Positions 42,345 to 51,492 of a stretch of DNA of 64,000 bases are shown here, piece by piece. The translations under genes and the position numbers were made by a program. Positions within the stretch are counted from its first letter, which is position 1. The number at the start of each line of letters is the position of its first letter. The DNA comes from Candidatus Multivorans sp. (lineage in GTDB: Bacteria; Acidobacteriota; Thermoanaerobaculia; Multivoradales; Multivoraceae), in contig OZ245033.1 of assembly GCA_965224025.1 (NCBI GenBank), positions 3,776,001 to 3,840,000 on the forward strand, written 5' to 3'. Under the pieces are notes generated by a model. That model ran no database searches and had not been told where the DNA came from. It was given only the letters and a program-made list of their open reading frames with translations.

Positions 42345-42437
42345 CTAGGGGTCGGGCGCCCAGTCCTGAAGCAGGGGCTTCGCGCCCGGCTTGTCGAGCC
42401 GCTTGAGCAGAGACGAGGTGTATGTCGAGTGGATCAT
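42345..42437 (-). CDS. Candidate leader peptide MIHSTYTSSLLKRLDKPGAKPLLQDWAPDP
   Basis: 30-codon ORF between promoter and hairpin; three AAG Lys codons; weak RBS. Confidence 0.45.
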   Translation of the reverse strand: MIHSTYTSSLLKRLDKPGAKPLLQDWAPDP

Positions 42438-42501
42438 GTCGCGGTTGTCGCGCCGCACCGAATCCCCGCCCGCAGACGAGTCAGAAGGAGGGTGAGAGCG
42501 G

Positions 42502-42531
42502 ATTGTGCGCGCTCAGGCTCCGCCATGTCAA
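42502..42531 (-). promoter_or_regulatory. Sigma70-type promoter TTGACA-N18-CACAAT for the lysine operon
   Basis: Perfect -35 and 4/6 -10. Confidence 0.6.
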
Positions 42532-42698
42532 GCCGCGCGGCGGGGTCTGGACATGCGACAGAGCTTTCGGAACAACTCCTGAAGTTCCTTGAAGGCCTGA
42601 CACGCCGTCGTCACGTGGGTATCGGCGTCAGCGCCGAGACCGCCGCCCCCGGACAGCCTCGGGGGCTCGCCGTTCGGATCGCACTGGATCGAAGAGGC

Positions 42699-42727
42699 TT
42701 GACAGGCCAGATCGATCTGGCCAGAAT
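42699..42727 (+). promoter_or_regulatory. TA promoter TTGACA-N17-CAGAAT with 18-bp operator palindrome
   Basis: GGCCAGATCGATCTGGCC (42705-42722) fills the spacer. Confidence 0.8.
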
Positions 42728-42733
42728 GGCCAG

Positions 42734-43033
42734 ATGAAGCGAGCCAGTGTGAGCGAAGCGAAGGACGGATTCAGTGCGCTGCTGAAGGAGGTCCGTCGCG
42801 GCGAGAGCGTGCTGATCACGCACCGCGGCGAGCCCGTGGCCCGGCTGGAGCCTTGCCGGCTGGACGACCTGGGGTTGAGCGAGGCTGCCAAAGCGCTGGT
42901 ACGGCGCGGAGTCGTGACGCCTCCCCGCAAGCGGCTCGATGTGGAGGGCTTTCTGGCCAAGCCGCTCCCCAAGCTGAAGGATGGTCTCAGCGCAAGCGAG
43001 ATCGTCGTGGCCGAACGCAGAGGAAGCCGCTGA
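42734..43033 (+). CDS. Phd/YefM family antitoxin
   Basis: SVSEAKDGFSALLKEVRRGESVLITHRGEPVARL. Confidence 0.92.
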   Translation: MKRASVSEAKDGFSALLKEVRRGESVLITHRGEPVARLEPCRLDDLGLSEAAKALVRRGVVTPPRKRLDVEGFLAKPLPKLKDGLSASEIVVAERRGSR

Positions 43034-43446
43034 AGTACTGGGACTCCTCCGCGCTGGTCTCGTTGCTGGTCAGCGAACCGAGGTCGGGAGAGCGCCAGGC
43101 GATCTTCGACCGGGACCATGAAATTGTCACCTGGTGGGGTTCGGTCGTCGAATGCACGTCCGCCCTGAACCGCATTGACCGGGAAGGCCGCCTTGAGGAA
43201 GGGTTGGTCAGACCCATGGAGCAACTGCGCCGGTTGGCGGAGGACTGGCTGGAAGTCGCTCCCACCAAGGCCGTACGACAACGGGCGACCCTTCTGCTTC
43301 GGCTCCACCCGCTACGCGCCGCCGACGCCTTCCAACTGGGCTCGGCGTTGACCGCGACGGCGGATCATCCGGATGTCATCGACGTCGTCTGCAGCGACGA
43401 GAGGCTCTCGGCGGCCGCACGCCTCGAGGGCTTCCGGGTTCTGTAA
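43030..43446 (+). CDS. VapC/PIN-domain toxin (probable CTG start)
   Basis: KYWDSSALVSLL, LRAADAFQLGSA, SDERLSAAA. Confidence 0.88.
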   Translation: MKYWDSSALVSLLVSEPRSGERQAIFDRDHEIVTWWGSVVECTSALNRIDREGRLEEGLVRPMEQLRRLAEDWLEVAPTKAVRQRATLLLRLHPLRAADAFQLGSALTATADHPDVIDVVCSDERLSAAARLEGFRVL

Positions 43447-43453
43447 CGCCTTC

Positions 43454-43942
43454 ATGACCGACCCGCAGCCCATCTGGACCGGCACGGTCCTGCCCGAGTG
43501 GATCGACCACAACGGCCACATGAACGCCGGCTACTACCTGGTCGTGTTCGACGACGCGACCGGCCCCTGGACCGCGTTCCTGGGTATCGATCAGACCTAC
43601 CGCCGGAAGGACCGGCGCTCCACCTTCTCGATCGACAGTCACCTCACCTGGCTGCGGGAGTTGCCCGAGGGCGCGCCGATCATCGTTGAAGCGGAACTGC
43701 TCGGCTTCGACCACAAGAAGTACCACACCTTCATGCGCATGCTTCACGCCGACGAGGGCTACGTCGCCGCGACCCACGAACTGCTGAGCATCCACATCGA
43801 TCTGGACACACGGCGCAGTACGCCGTTTCCGCCCGAGATCCACGCGCGGATGAACGAGGTTCTGCAGGTTCAGCGCAAGATCGCCAGTACCAGGGACGTT
43901 GGCCGGGTAATCCGCACAAGACCCTGGCCGCCGGGCGCCTGA
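43454..43942 (+). CDS. Hotdog-fold thioesterase
   Basis: WIDHNGHMNAGYY..VFD. Confidence 0.88.
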   Translation: MTDPQPIWTGTVLPEWIDHNGHMNAGYYLVVFDDATGPWTAFLGIDQTYRRKDRRSTFSIDSHLTWLRELPEGAPIIVEAELLGFDHKKYHTFMRMLHADEGYVAATHELLSIHIDLDTRRSTPFPPEIHARMNEVLQVQRKIASTRDVGRVIRTRPWPPGA

Positions 43943-43987
43943 TTCGCACCCAGCCTTCCAGGCAACGCTCCGGTACCATTCCCCGCC

Positions 43988-45094
43988 ATGAGCACCAAGA
44001 ACGACTCCAGCGACTCCGACGCAGCCATGACCCGCCGTACCCTCATCGCCGGTTCGGCCGTAGGCGCCGCCGCGCTCGCCGCGAAGCCGGGCAAGGCAGC
44101 CGCCGCCAAGCAAGAGACCACGGCCTGGCCGGATCCCAGCTACATCCGCACCAATGGCGGCCTCAGAATGGCGGTGTACGAAGCCGGAAACGAGGGCGTG
44201 CCCGTCGTCTTGAGCCACGGCTTCCCCGAACTCGCCTACTCCTGGCGTCACCAGTTGCCGGCGGTGTCGGCTGCAGGCTTCCGCGTTCTGGCGCCCGATC
44301 AGCGGGGCTACGGCCACACGCAACGGCCCCTGACGATCGAGGCCTACAACATCGCCGAACTGTGCGCCGACCTGGTTGGGCTCCTCGACGCCCGGGGCAT
44401 CGACAAGGCGGTCTTCGTCGGCCACGACTGGGGCGGCGGCGTGGTCTGGGCCATGCCTCGGCTGCACTCCGACCGCGTCCTCGGCGTCGTCGGCGTGAAC
44501 ACCCCCACGGGGCCGCAGCCGCCACAGCCGCCGATCGAGATGCTCCGCCGCATGCGGGGCGAGGACAACTACGTCGTCGCTTTCCAGGAACCGTACAGGG
44601 CGGAAGCAGTGCTCGATGCGGACACCGAGAAGACCTTCCGCACCTTCATGCGCCGCGGAACCTGGGATGCCGAGGCCTTTAGCAAACTCCCCGCCGACGC
44701 GCCGGAGCGGAAGTTCCAACTACTGGAGATCATCAAACACGGAACGGCAGCCGACTTGCGCGGCGAGCTTCTGCTCACCGACGAGGAGTTGGCCCACTTC
44801 GTCTCCGTCTACGAACGAACCGGCTTCACAGGCGGCGTCAACTGGTACCGGAACATCGACCGCAACTGGAAGCTGATGAAGGACAAAGGCGAGCGGATCG
44901 AGCAGCCCTGCCTCTACATCGGCGCCGAGAACGACGTCGTCCTGCCTCCCTCCTCCGCCGACGGCATCGAGGCGCTGGCGCCGAACATCGACAAGCACAC
45001 GATCAAGGACTGCGGCCACTGGACCCAGCAGGAAAAGCCCGAGGAGTTCAACCGCGTACTGATCGATTGGCTGACTGCGACGTTCAGCGCGTAG
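43988..45094 (+). CDS. Alpha/beta hydrolase (epoxide hydrolase-like) with Tat signal
   Basis: TRRTLI leader, HGFPELAYSWRHQ, GHDWGG, GHWTQQE. Confidence 0.92.
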   Translation: MSTKNDSSDSDAAMTRRTLIAGSAVGAAALAAKPGKAAAAKQETTAWPDPSYIRTNGGLRMAVYEAGNEGVPVVLSHGFPELAYSWRHQLPAVSAAGFRVLAPDQRGYGHTQRPLTIEAYNIAELCADLVGLLDARGIDKAVFVGHDWGGGVVWAMPRLHSDRVLGVVGVNTPTGPQPPQPPIEMLRRMRGEDNYVVAFQEPYRAEAVLDADTEKTFRTFMRRGTWDAEAFSKLPADAPERKFQLLEIIKHGTAADLRGELLLTDEELAHFVSVYERTGFTGGVNWYRNIDRNWKLMKDKGERIEQPCLYIGAENDVVLPPSSADGIEALAPNIDKHTIKDCGHWTQQEKPEEFNRVLIDWLTATFSA

Positions 45095-45096
45095 GG

Positions 45097-45711
45097 GTGC
45101 CGCCGCCGGGAGTCGATCTCGCCACGATCCGCCGCCGGCTGGCGGCGCACGACGCCCTCATCCGCCCGCCGGCCGAGTTCGAGGCCAGTGTCGCGATGGT
45201 TCTCCGCCCATCGGCGGCGGGCCCGGAGGCGCTGTTCATCGAGCGGGCCCGCAAGCCGTCCGACCCCTGGTCGGGGCAGATGGCGTTTCCCGGCGGCCGG
45301 CATGACGAGACCGACTGCGATCTCCGGCACACCGCGGAACGCGAGGCCGCGGAGGAAGTTGGTCTTTCAATCGAGGGCGCCCACTTGATCGGTCGCCTCG
45401 ACGATCAGACGGGGCAGCGTGCAGGCCAGGGAAGGCAGCTCCGGATCGCGGCCTTCGTCTACGAGGTCGACGCGGGCGCGGGCAACGACCTGGTCCTGAA
45501 CTACGAAGTCGCCGAAGCGTTCTGGGTGCCCCTGGCCTGGTTCGAGGATCCCTCCCGGGTCATCGACTACCGGCATCCGCCCTATCCCGAAGTGAGCTTC
45601 CCCGGCGTCGTCGTCGGTGAACCCGAGCGGCACATCGTCTGGGGCCTGACGTTCCGCTTCCTTGCCGCCTTCTTCGAGATCGTCGGCCATCGCTTCGCCG
45701 CGGGCAGCTAG
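45097..45711 (+). CDS. Nudix hydrolase (CoA pyrophosphatase-like)
   Basis: WSGQMAFPGG...TAEREAAEEVG, VWGLT. Confidence 0.9.
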   Translation: MPPPGVDLATIRRRLAAHDALIRPPAEFEASVAMVLRPSAAGPEALFIERARKPSDPWSGQMAFPGGRHDETDCDLRHTAEREAAEEVGLSIEGAHLIGRLDDQTGQRAGQGRQLRIAAFVYEVDAGAGNDLVLNYEVAEAFWVPLAWFEDPSRVIDYRHPPYPEVSFPGVVVGEPERHIVWGLTFRFLAAFFEIVGHRFAAGS

Positions 45712-45718
45712 TCCGCGC

Positions 45719-46528
45719 TCACTCGACGATCTCCACGTACTCACGCTTCGACCAGCCCCTCTGGCCGTCGGGCAGTTCGACCCGGATCCACTCCGGTCGC
45801 TGTTCGATGACCCGTACTTCGGTGCCGGCATGGAGGCGGAAGCGGACAACCGAACCCTCGCCGGCGGCAGCGTGGAGATTGATCTCCTGCGGCAGGACAA
45901 CGGCGATGGCGGGGTCGAAGGCCCCGTGGGCCACGAGCGAGCCGCCCAGGGCGAGCCCAACCGCCAGCAGACAGACCGCGGACCACCGGAGCACCTCGGA
46001 AGCCGGCCGGTAGAGCCGCAGGGCAAGCACGATCCAGAAACCGAGGCCGACCAGCACCACGCTCCTCACAACTTCATTCGGCGCCAGACTGTAGTGCCAG
46101 AACAGCAGGGTCCGGACCAGCACTGGCGGCGCCGGCGGCGCGATCTCATCGCGGGCGCTGCGGCGAGCGAAGGCCAGATTCGCGTAGGCGTCCTCGTCGC
46201 GCGGCAACAACCGCAGGGAGCGGCGGTAGGAGGCGATGGACCGTCCCAGTTGGCCGGCGCGGAGGTAGGCGTTCCCCAGGTTGTAGTGCACGTGGCCGTT
46301 GTCGACCCCCATCTCCTGCATTTCGCGGTAGAGAGCAACTGCTCGCTCGAAGTCGCCCGCCTCATAGGCGGCGTTGCCGTTCACCCAGAACTCGGCCGGT
46401 TCCGGTGCGGCTGGCGCCTCCTCCGCCGACTGGGCTTCGGTGACGACGGGCAGCTCCTCCTGCCGGCCGAACGAGGATCCCGCCGCGAACACTCCGGCCA
46501 CGAGGAGAATCGCGAAAGCCCGTCTCAT
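45719..46528 (-). CDS. BatE-like TPR + SH3 protein
   Basis: YNLGNAY TPR, LHAGTEVRV...WIRVELPDGQRGW. Confidence 0.85.
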   Translation of the reverse strand: MRRAFAILLVAGVFAAGSSFGRQEELPVVTEAQSAEEAPAAPEPAEFWVNGNAAYEAGDFERAVALYREMQEMGVDNGHVHYNLGNAYLRAGQLGRSIASYRRSLRLLPRDEDAYANLAFARRSARDEIAPPAPPVLVRTLLFWHYSLAPNEVVRSVVLVGLGFWIVLALRLYRPASEVLRWSAVCLLAVGLALGGSLVAHGAFDPAIAVVLPQEINLHAAAGEGSVVRFRLHAGTEVRVIEQRPEWIRVELPDGQRGWSKREYVEIVE

Positions 46529-48420
46529 GGCCTGCGCCCCCGGAGTTGCCGGTCGAGGGTTCGGATCAACTCGCTCAGACCGTCCGTCTCGGTCTCGACA
46601 GCGGCGGACCCGACCGCGACCGACGCCATGCCGTACTGAGCGCCCTCGAATCGTTCGAGCTGTTCACGGCAACTCCTGGCCGCGTTCGAGTCCACACCAG
46701 CCTGCACCAGCGCGGTCTCGGCCTCGGACGGCGTCAGTGCCGCTCCCTCGATGCCCAGCTTGTCCCCCACGTAGCGACGCAGCACGCCGGATGCCTCCGC
46801 AGCGAAAGCAAACCCCGTGCCGCGACCGAGGTTCCGAGCCGCGGACAGCGCCTGACGCAAGGCCCGCTGGCGCCGGCGAAGCGTTCGGTCGGCGGCGTAG
46901 CGACGCTCCCGCCGGTGCTGGGCAAGCAGGGCCAGGTACAGGAGAGCCGGCAGCAGGCCGCCGGCGAGCCAGACCCACAACCGCCAGCCCCGAGGCATCG
47001 CCGAAGTGATGCCGGCGGCCGTTCGACGAATCGGCAGAATGTCGTCGGCAAGGATCCGCACCGCCACCTTGCCCGTGGTCGGCGCCAGGGACTCGGTGAG
47101 CATCAGCTCCTCCTCACCCTCGGCCGGGGTGACATCCAGGTCGATGCGGTCCGTCGAGCGGGTCGCGTACTCGCCAAGCTCGGGATCGAAGTAGACGAGA
47201 TCGATCGGTGGAATGTCGCGGGGTCCAGCGACCAGCGGAACCAGAGCCCGCCGGAAGACCTTGCGTGCGGTCAGTCGGCGGCCGCTGCGGTCGATGCTCG
47301 AGTCGGGTTGGTCCGCGTAGATCTTGAACGCCGGCAGTTCCGGGAATCCGGGCTCGGCGAGCAACTGCACGTTGCCGGCGCCGGCGACCTGTACCTCAAG
47401 GGTGGCCGACTGACCCACCTGCAACTGGCGCCTGCTCAGCGACGCACGGATGTCGAACTCCCCCACCAGACCGTTCCAACCGTCGGGCGCCGGCGGCAGC
47501 GGCCGCACGTCGAGAGTCAACGGCTCCGAAAGCAGGTACTTCGTCGCCCAGCGCCCTCCCCCGCCAAGCAGGCTGTCGAATTCGTCGAAGATGCCGCGCC
47601 TCCGGCTCGGCCCGCGCGTCTGTTCGGCCTGCACGTCCACACGAAGCTGGGTCGGCGGCAGTACGATCTCTCCGGCGCGCTGCGGGAAGAGCGCCTTGCG
47701 CACCTCGTTCACCGAGTACTCGACGCCCTCGATCACGGTCGCGAACTGCCGCACCTCCCCGAGATCCTCGGCCACAACGTCACCGCCGAAGTCCATCGAC
47801 TCGATCGACCCCTGGCCGACCCGCACGCTGCTGTAGAAGCGCCACGTATAGATCACCTGCTGCCCCCGCCATGGCTGGTCGGTGGAGACGGAAGCAGTAA
47901 CGAAGAGTTCCCGGTTCTGCTCATCACCGTCTTCCTCCGCAGCGGTGACTTCGACCGTGAATGGCTGGCTCCTGACCTCCACGCCGTTGACCAGCGCGAC
48001 CGCCGATCCGACCTCGAACGTGCCGGCCCGTACCGGGATCAGCAGGTAGTTGTACGAGGTGCTGTTGCTCACCCGGCCGTTCGTGATCTGGGTCTGTCGC
48101 TGTTGACCACGCGACACGACCCGGAAGTCCGGCAGTTCGGGCAGCCTCGGCGGCTCGTCGGGCGAGCCGTTGAGCCTGATCGTCAGATAGATCTGGGTCC
48201 CGAGAGCGACCTGGTTGCGGTCCACCGTGACCTGCATCGCCCCCGGTTCCTGTGCTCCGACCGCCGTTGCCCCCGGGATGGCCAAGAGCGACGTGCACAG
48301 GACCGCAGACCAGGCGAGAGCGACAGAGCGGCTCCCGGCCGGCCGACGGAACGCTCGTCTCCTGCCATCCATCGACCTACCAGTCCTTCGCCTGACGGCT
48401 GCTACGTCCGCGCTGACCAC
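46525..48420 (-). CDS. BatD family protein (start uncertain)
   Basis: TVDRNQV, ALFPQRAGE, YFDP; operon position. Confidence 0.85.
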   Translation of the reverse strand: MVSADVAAVRRRTGRSMDGRRRAFRRPAGSRSVALAWSAVLCTSLLAIPGATAVGAQEPGAMQVTVDRNQVALGTQIYLTIRLNGSPDEPPRLPELPDFRVVSRGQQRQTQITNGRVSNSTSYNYLLIPVRAGTFEVGSAVALVNGVEVRSQPFTVEVTAAEEDGDEQNRELFVTASVSTDQPWRGQQVIYTWRFYSSVRVGQGSIESMDFGGDVVAEDLGEVRQFATVIEGVEYSVNEVRKALFPQRAGEIVLPPTQLRVDVQAEQTRGPSRRRGIFDEFDSLLGGGGRWATKYLLSEPLTLDVRPLPPAPDGWNGLVGEFDIRASLSRRQLQVGQSATLEVQVAGAGNVQLLAEPGFPELPAFKIYADQPDSSIDRSGRRLTARKVFRRALVPLVAGPRDIPPIDLVYFDPELGEYATRSTDRIDLDVTPAEGEEELMLTESLAPTTGKVAVRILADDILPIRRTAAGITSAMPRGWRLWVWLAGGLLPALLYLALLAQHRRERRYAADRTLRRRQRALRQALSAARNLGRGTGFAFAAEASGVLRRYVGDKLGIEGAALTPSEAETALVQAGVDSNAARSCREQLERFEGAQYGMASVAVGSAAVETETDGLSELIRTLDRQLRGRRP

Positions 48421-49273
48421 GCCGATTCGGGTCGAGGCGTCCCTCCTCCAATGCCTGCAGGTGGCGCTCGGCCTCCTCCGGCGTCATGCCCGGCGACGGT
48501 TCCTGGGGCCCGCCCTGAATGCCGGGGTCCGAGCCATCCTCCTCGGGCGGCGAATCCGCCTCGTCGGGGATGCCGTCACCGTCGCTGTCCCGCGGCGCTT
48601 GGTCCTCCGACTGGTCCTGGCCCTGGGCGCCATGGTCCTGCTGCTGATCGTCCGGCTGCTCGCCTTCGCCCTGGTCGGAATCCTCCGATTGCTGCTCGGC
48701 GCCCTCCTGGCTCTGCTGTTCCTGGTCCTGCTGCTCCTGGTCCTGACCGTCTTGGTTCTGCTGCTGCTGTTGCTGCTTCTTCAGTTCCTCACGCACGAAC
48801 TCCAGATTGAACTTGGTGTCCAGGTCGTCCGGATTCGCCTCCAGAGAGGCCATGTAGAAGTCGATCGCTTCTCCCGGCTTGCCCTGACGGTAGGCGCTGT
48901 TGCCGAGGTTGTAGAGCGACTGGGCCCGCAACTCGTCGCCGCCGGTCGCCGCGGCACGGTAGAACTGGGCGTCCGCGGACTCGAAGTCGTTCAACTTGTA
49001 GTGCGCTGCGCCGACGTTGAGGCTCAGTTCCGGGTCGTCGGGCTGCCTGGTCTGCCGGTCCACGAAGCCGTCGAGGGCCTGGGCGTAGGCGCCGGCGTCG
49101 AACGCATCGTAGGGCGAGGAGAACTCGACCGGCGGCGTTTCGGGCGACGCCTGCGGCTGAAGCGGTTGCGGCGTCCCACTGTCCGGCGGCTGTGCGCCCG
49201 CGGTGAGCGGAAACAACAGCCCCCACGCCAGGAGAACGAGCGGCTCCACGCGCGCTTCACGCGGCGGCCGCAT
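48377..49273 (-). CDS. BatC-like TPR protein with Q/D/E-rich tail
   Basis: YNLGNSAY, KFNLE, C-terminal KDW. Confidence 0.85.
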   Translation of the reverse strand: MRPPREARVEPLVLLAWGLLFPLTAGAQPPDSGTPQPLQPQASPETPPVEFSSPYDAFDAGAYAQALDGFVDRQTRQPDDPELSLNVGAAHYKLNDFESADAQFYRAAATGGDELRAQSLYNLGNSAYRQGKPGEAIDFYMASLEANPDDLDTKFNLEFVREELKKQQQQQQNQDGQDQEQQDQEQQSQEGAEQQSEDSDQGEGEQPDDQQQDHGAQGQDQSEDQAPRDSDGDGIPDEADSPPEEDGSDPGIQGGPQEPSPGMTPEEAERHLQALEEGRLDPNRRGQRGRSSRQAKDW

Positions 49274-50408
49274 GGTCGCCTCCTTCAAGCGTCACGTCGC
49301 GCCGACGCAGCCGGTCGCTGATCAGCGGTTCCAGCATCAGCGCGACCAGGGCGACGACCAGCAGCCACTGGAAGCGCTCCTGCCAGCGCTGGCGACGGCT
49401 GGAACCGAGTTCCTGGTCTTCGAGCTGTGCCTTGATGCCCTGGGCGTAGATCTGCTCCAGGTCCACATCGCCGGTCACCGAACGGACGTAGAGGCCGCCG
49501 GTGGTCAGGGCGATCCGCTGCAGTGCCGCCTCGTCCAGCCGGCTCAGGATGATCTCGCCCCGACGGTCGGTGCGGAAACCGCCGCCCGCCCTGGGGATGG
49601 GCGCGCCCTCGTCGCGCCCGATGCCGATCGCGAACACCCGCACGCCGGCCGCGGCGGCGGCCTCGGCGACTTCCTGCGCCTCGCCCAGATGATCTTCGCC
49701 GTCGGTGATCAGGATCACGGCACGCGACTGCCGCGATCCGACCGCGGCGACACGGTCGAACGCATCGAGCGACACCCGCAGCGCCTCACCGATCGCGGTG
49801 CCCTTGGTTGGAATCAGATCCGGCGCCATGGCGTCCAGAAAGAGAGTGGTCGCCGAGTAGTCGAGCGTCAGCGGCAGCTCGAGGAACGCCGCGCCGGCAA
49901 AGGCCACCAGGGCGATGCGATCGCCCTCCAGGCGCTGGAGCAGGTCGGCGATCTCGCGCTTGGCGCGCTCGAGGCGACTGAGTTCGCCCCCCGCCTCCGC
50001 GTCGCGCACCAGCATCGAGTCCGAGACATCGAGAGCGACCACGATGTCGACGCCTTCGCGGTGAACCTCCTCCCAGACGAAGCCCCAGCGGGGCTGGGCG
50101 AGAGACGCCACCAGGGCGAGCAGTGCCACCAGCACGAGAAACGCCTTCAGACGACGCCGGGGCCTACTGACTCCGGCGACCAGGACGGGCAGCATCTGGC
50201 GCGAGGCAAAGCGGCCGAGCAACCGGGCCCGGGTGCGGAAGGCGTAAACGTAGAAGAGCAGCATGCCCGGCCCCAGCCACAGCAGCCAGAGCGCGTCCGG
50301 GCGTCCCGTGCGGACTTCGCAACCGAGCACGAGGAACGCGACCGGCACAAGCGCCAGCAGCGTTTGCCCCCGGTGCTCACCGCGGCGCCGGGACGATCCT
50401 TGTCTCAT
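49257..50408 (-). CDS. BatB-like VWA protein
   Basis: DVSDSM MIDAS, PLTLDY, ITDGED. Confidence 0.88.
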   Translation of the reverse strand: MRQGSSRRRGEHRGQTLLALVPVAFLVLGCEVRTGRPDALWLLWLGPGMLLFYVYAFRTRARLLGRFASRQMLPVLVAGVSRPRRRLKAFLVLVALLALVASLAQPRWGFVWEEVHREGVDIVVALDVSDSMLVRDAEAGGELSRLERAKREIADLLQRLEGDRIALVAFAGAAFLELPLTLDYSATTLFLDAMAPDLIPTKGTAIGEALRVSLDAFDRVAAVGSRQSRAVILITDGEDHLGEAQEVAEAAAAAGVRVFAIGIGRDEGAPIPRAGGGFRTDRRGEIILSRLDEAALQRIALTTGGLYVRSVTGDVDLEQIYAQGIKAQLEDQELGSSRRQRWQERFQWLLVVALVALMLEPLISDRLRRRDVTLEGGDHAAAA

Positions 50409-50418
50409 CGGAACCGCC

Positions 50419-51492
50419 TCACGGCAACTTCCTCAAGCGGGTGTCGAGCAGCACCACTTCGAGCAGGAGCAGGAACACGGCCGGCGTCACCAGCCAGGCG
50501 AAACGCTCCTCGTACTCCATGTAGGACTCCTGGGTGATCTCGGTCTTCTCGAGCTCGTCGATCTGCTCGTAGATCTCCTCCAGCCCCGCCACGTCTTCGG
50601 CCCGGAAATAGGCGCCGCCGGTGACCGTCGCCATTCGCCGCAGCGTGTCCTCGTCGATCTCCACGTCCTCGTAGACGACGCGCGGCCCGAACCGCGTCTC
50701 GACCACGATGGGCGCCTGACCGCGGGTGCCGACGCCGATCGTGTACAGCTTGACGCCCAGCGCCGCGGCGGCCTCGGCGGCCCGCAGCGGCGTCAGCGCT
50801 CCCGCATTGCTCCGCCCATCCGTCAGCAGGACCGCGACCTTCGATTCGGCCTCCGAGTCCACAAGACGCTTGGTCGCCACCCCGACCGCCGATCCGATCG
50901 CCGTGGCGTCCCCCGCCATGCCGATCTCCAACTGCTCGAGGAAGGTCGCGGCGATGCCGTGGTCGAGCGTCAGCGGACACTGCGTGAAGGCCTCCTCGCC
51001 GAACACGACGAGACCGATGCGGTCGTTCGGCCTACGCCCGATGAACGTCTCGACTACTCCCTTGGCCGCCTCCAGACGGTCCCTCCGGCGACTCAGCGAG
51101 CGCTCGTGCGCGTCGAGGTCGAGCGCCCTCATCGACCCCGAGGTGTCGATCACGAGCACGATGTCGATGCCCTCCGTGCTCACCTCGGTGAGCGCACGCC
51201 CGGTCTGGGGACGCATCACGGCGAGCAGCACCAGGGCGACGACCAGGAGGCGCAGCGCCGACACCAGGCGACGGGCCGTCGGCGTTCCCGATCGTGCCGC
51301 TTGGCGCGCATGCACGAGCGACGAATACGCAACGGCTGTTCTGCCCGCGGCATTCCCTCCGATGGAGAAGCCGCGCCGCGCCGCCAGATGACGCCAGCGC
51401 GGCCGAAGCCACCACAGGAGCGACCAGATCACGTACAGCGGCAGCAGCACCCAGAGCCAGCGGACATCGGCGAACAGGAGTTGCTCGTTCAT
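50419..51492 (-). CDS. BatA-like VWA protein
   Basis: DTSGSM, PLTLDH, TAIG, LLTDG. Confidence 0.9.
   Translation of the reverse strand: MNEQLLFADVRWLWVLLPLYVIWSLLWWLRPRWRHLAARRGFSIGGNAAGRTAVAYSSLVHARQAARSGTPTARRLVSALRLLVVALVLLAVMRPQTGRALTEVSTEGIDIVLVIDTSGSMRALDLDAHERSLSRRRDRLEAAKGVVETFIGRRPNDRIGLVVFGEEAFTQCPLTLDHGIAATFLEQLEIGMAGDATAIGSAVGVATKRLVDSEAESKVAVLLTDGRSNAGALTPLRAAEAAAALGVKLYTIGVGTRGQAPIVVETRFGPRVVYEDVEIDEDTLRRMATVTGGAYFRAEDVAGLEEIYEQIDELEKTEITQESYMEYEERFAWLVTPAVFLLLLEVVLLDTRLRKLP

Noticed and set aside
42245-42500. Lysine riboswitch
   Set aside because: Conserved L-box motifs were not recognised; an Rfam scan would be decisive
42434-42526. Leu-rich uORF MAEPERAQSALTLLLTRL... as a leucine attenuator
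   Set aside because: Its ATG overlaps the -35 box, upstream of the predicted transcription start
48540-48790. CAG/GAC-rich repeats
   Set aside because: Normal Q/D/E-rich BatC tail
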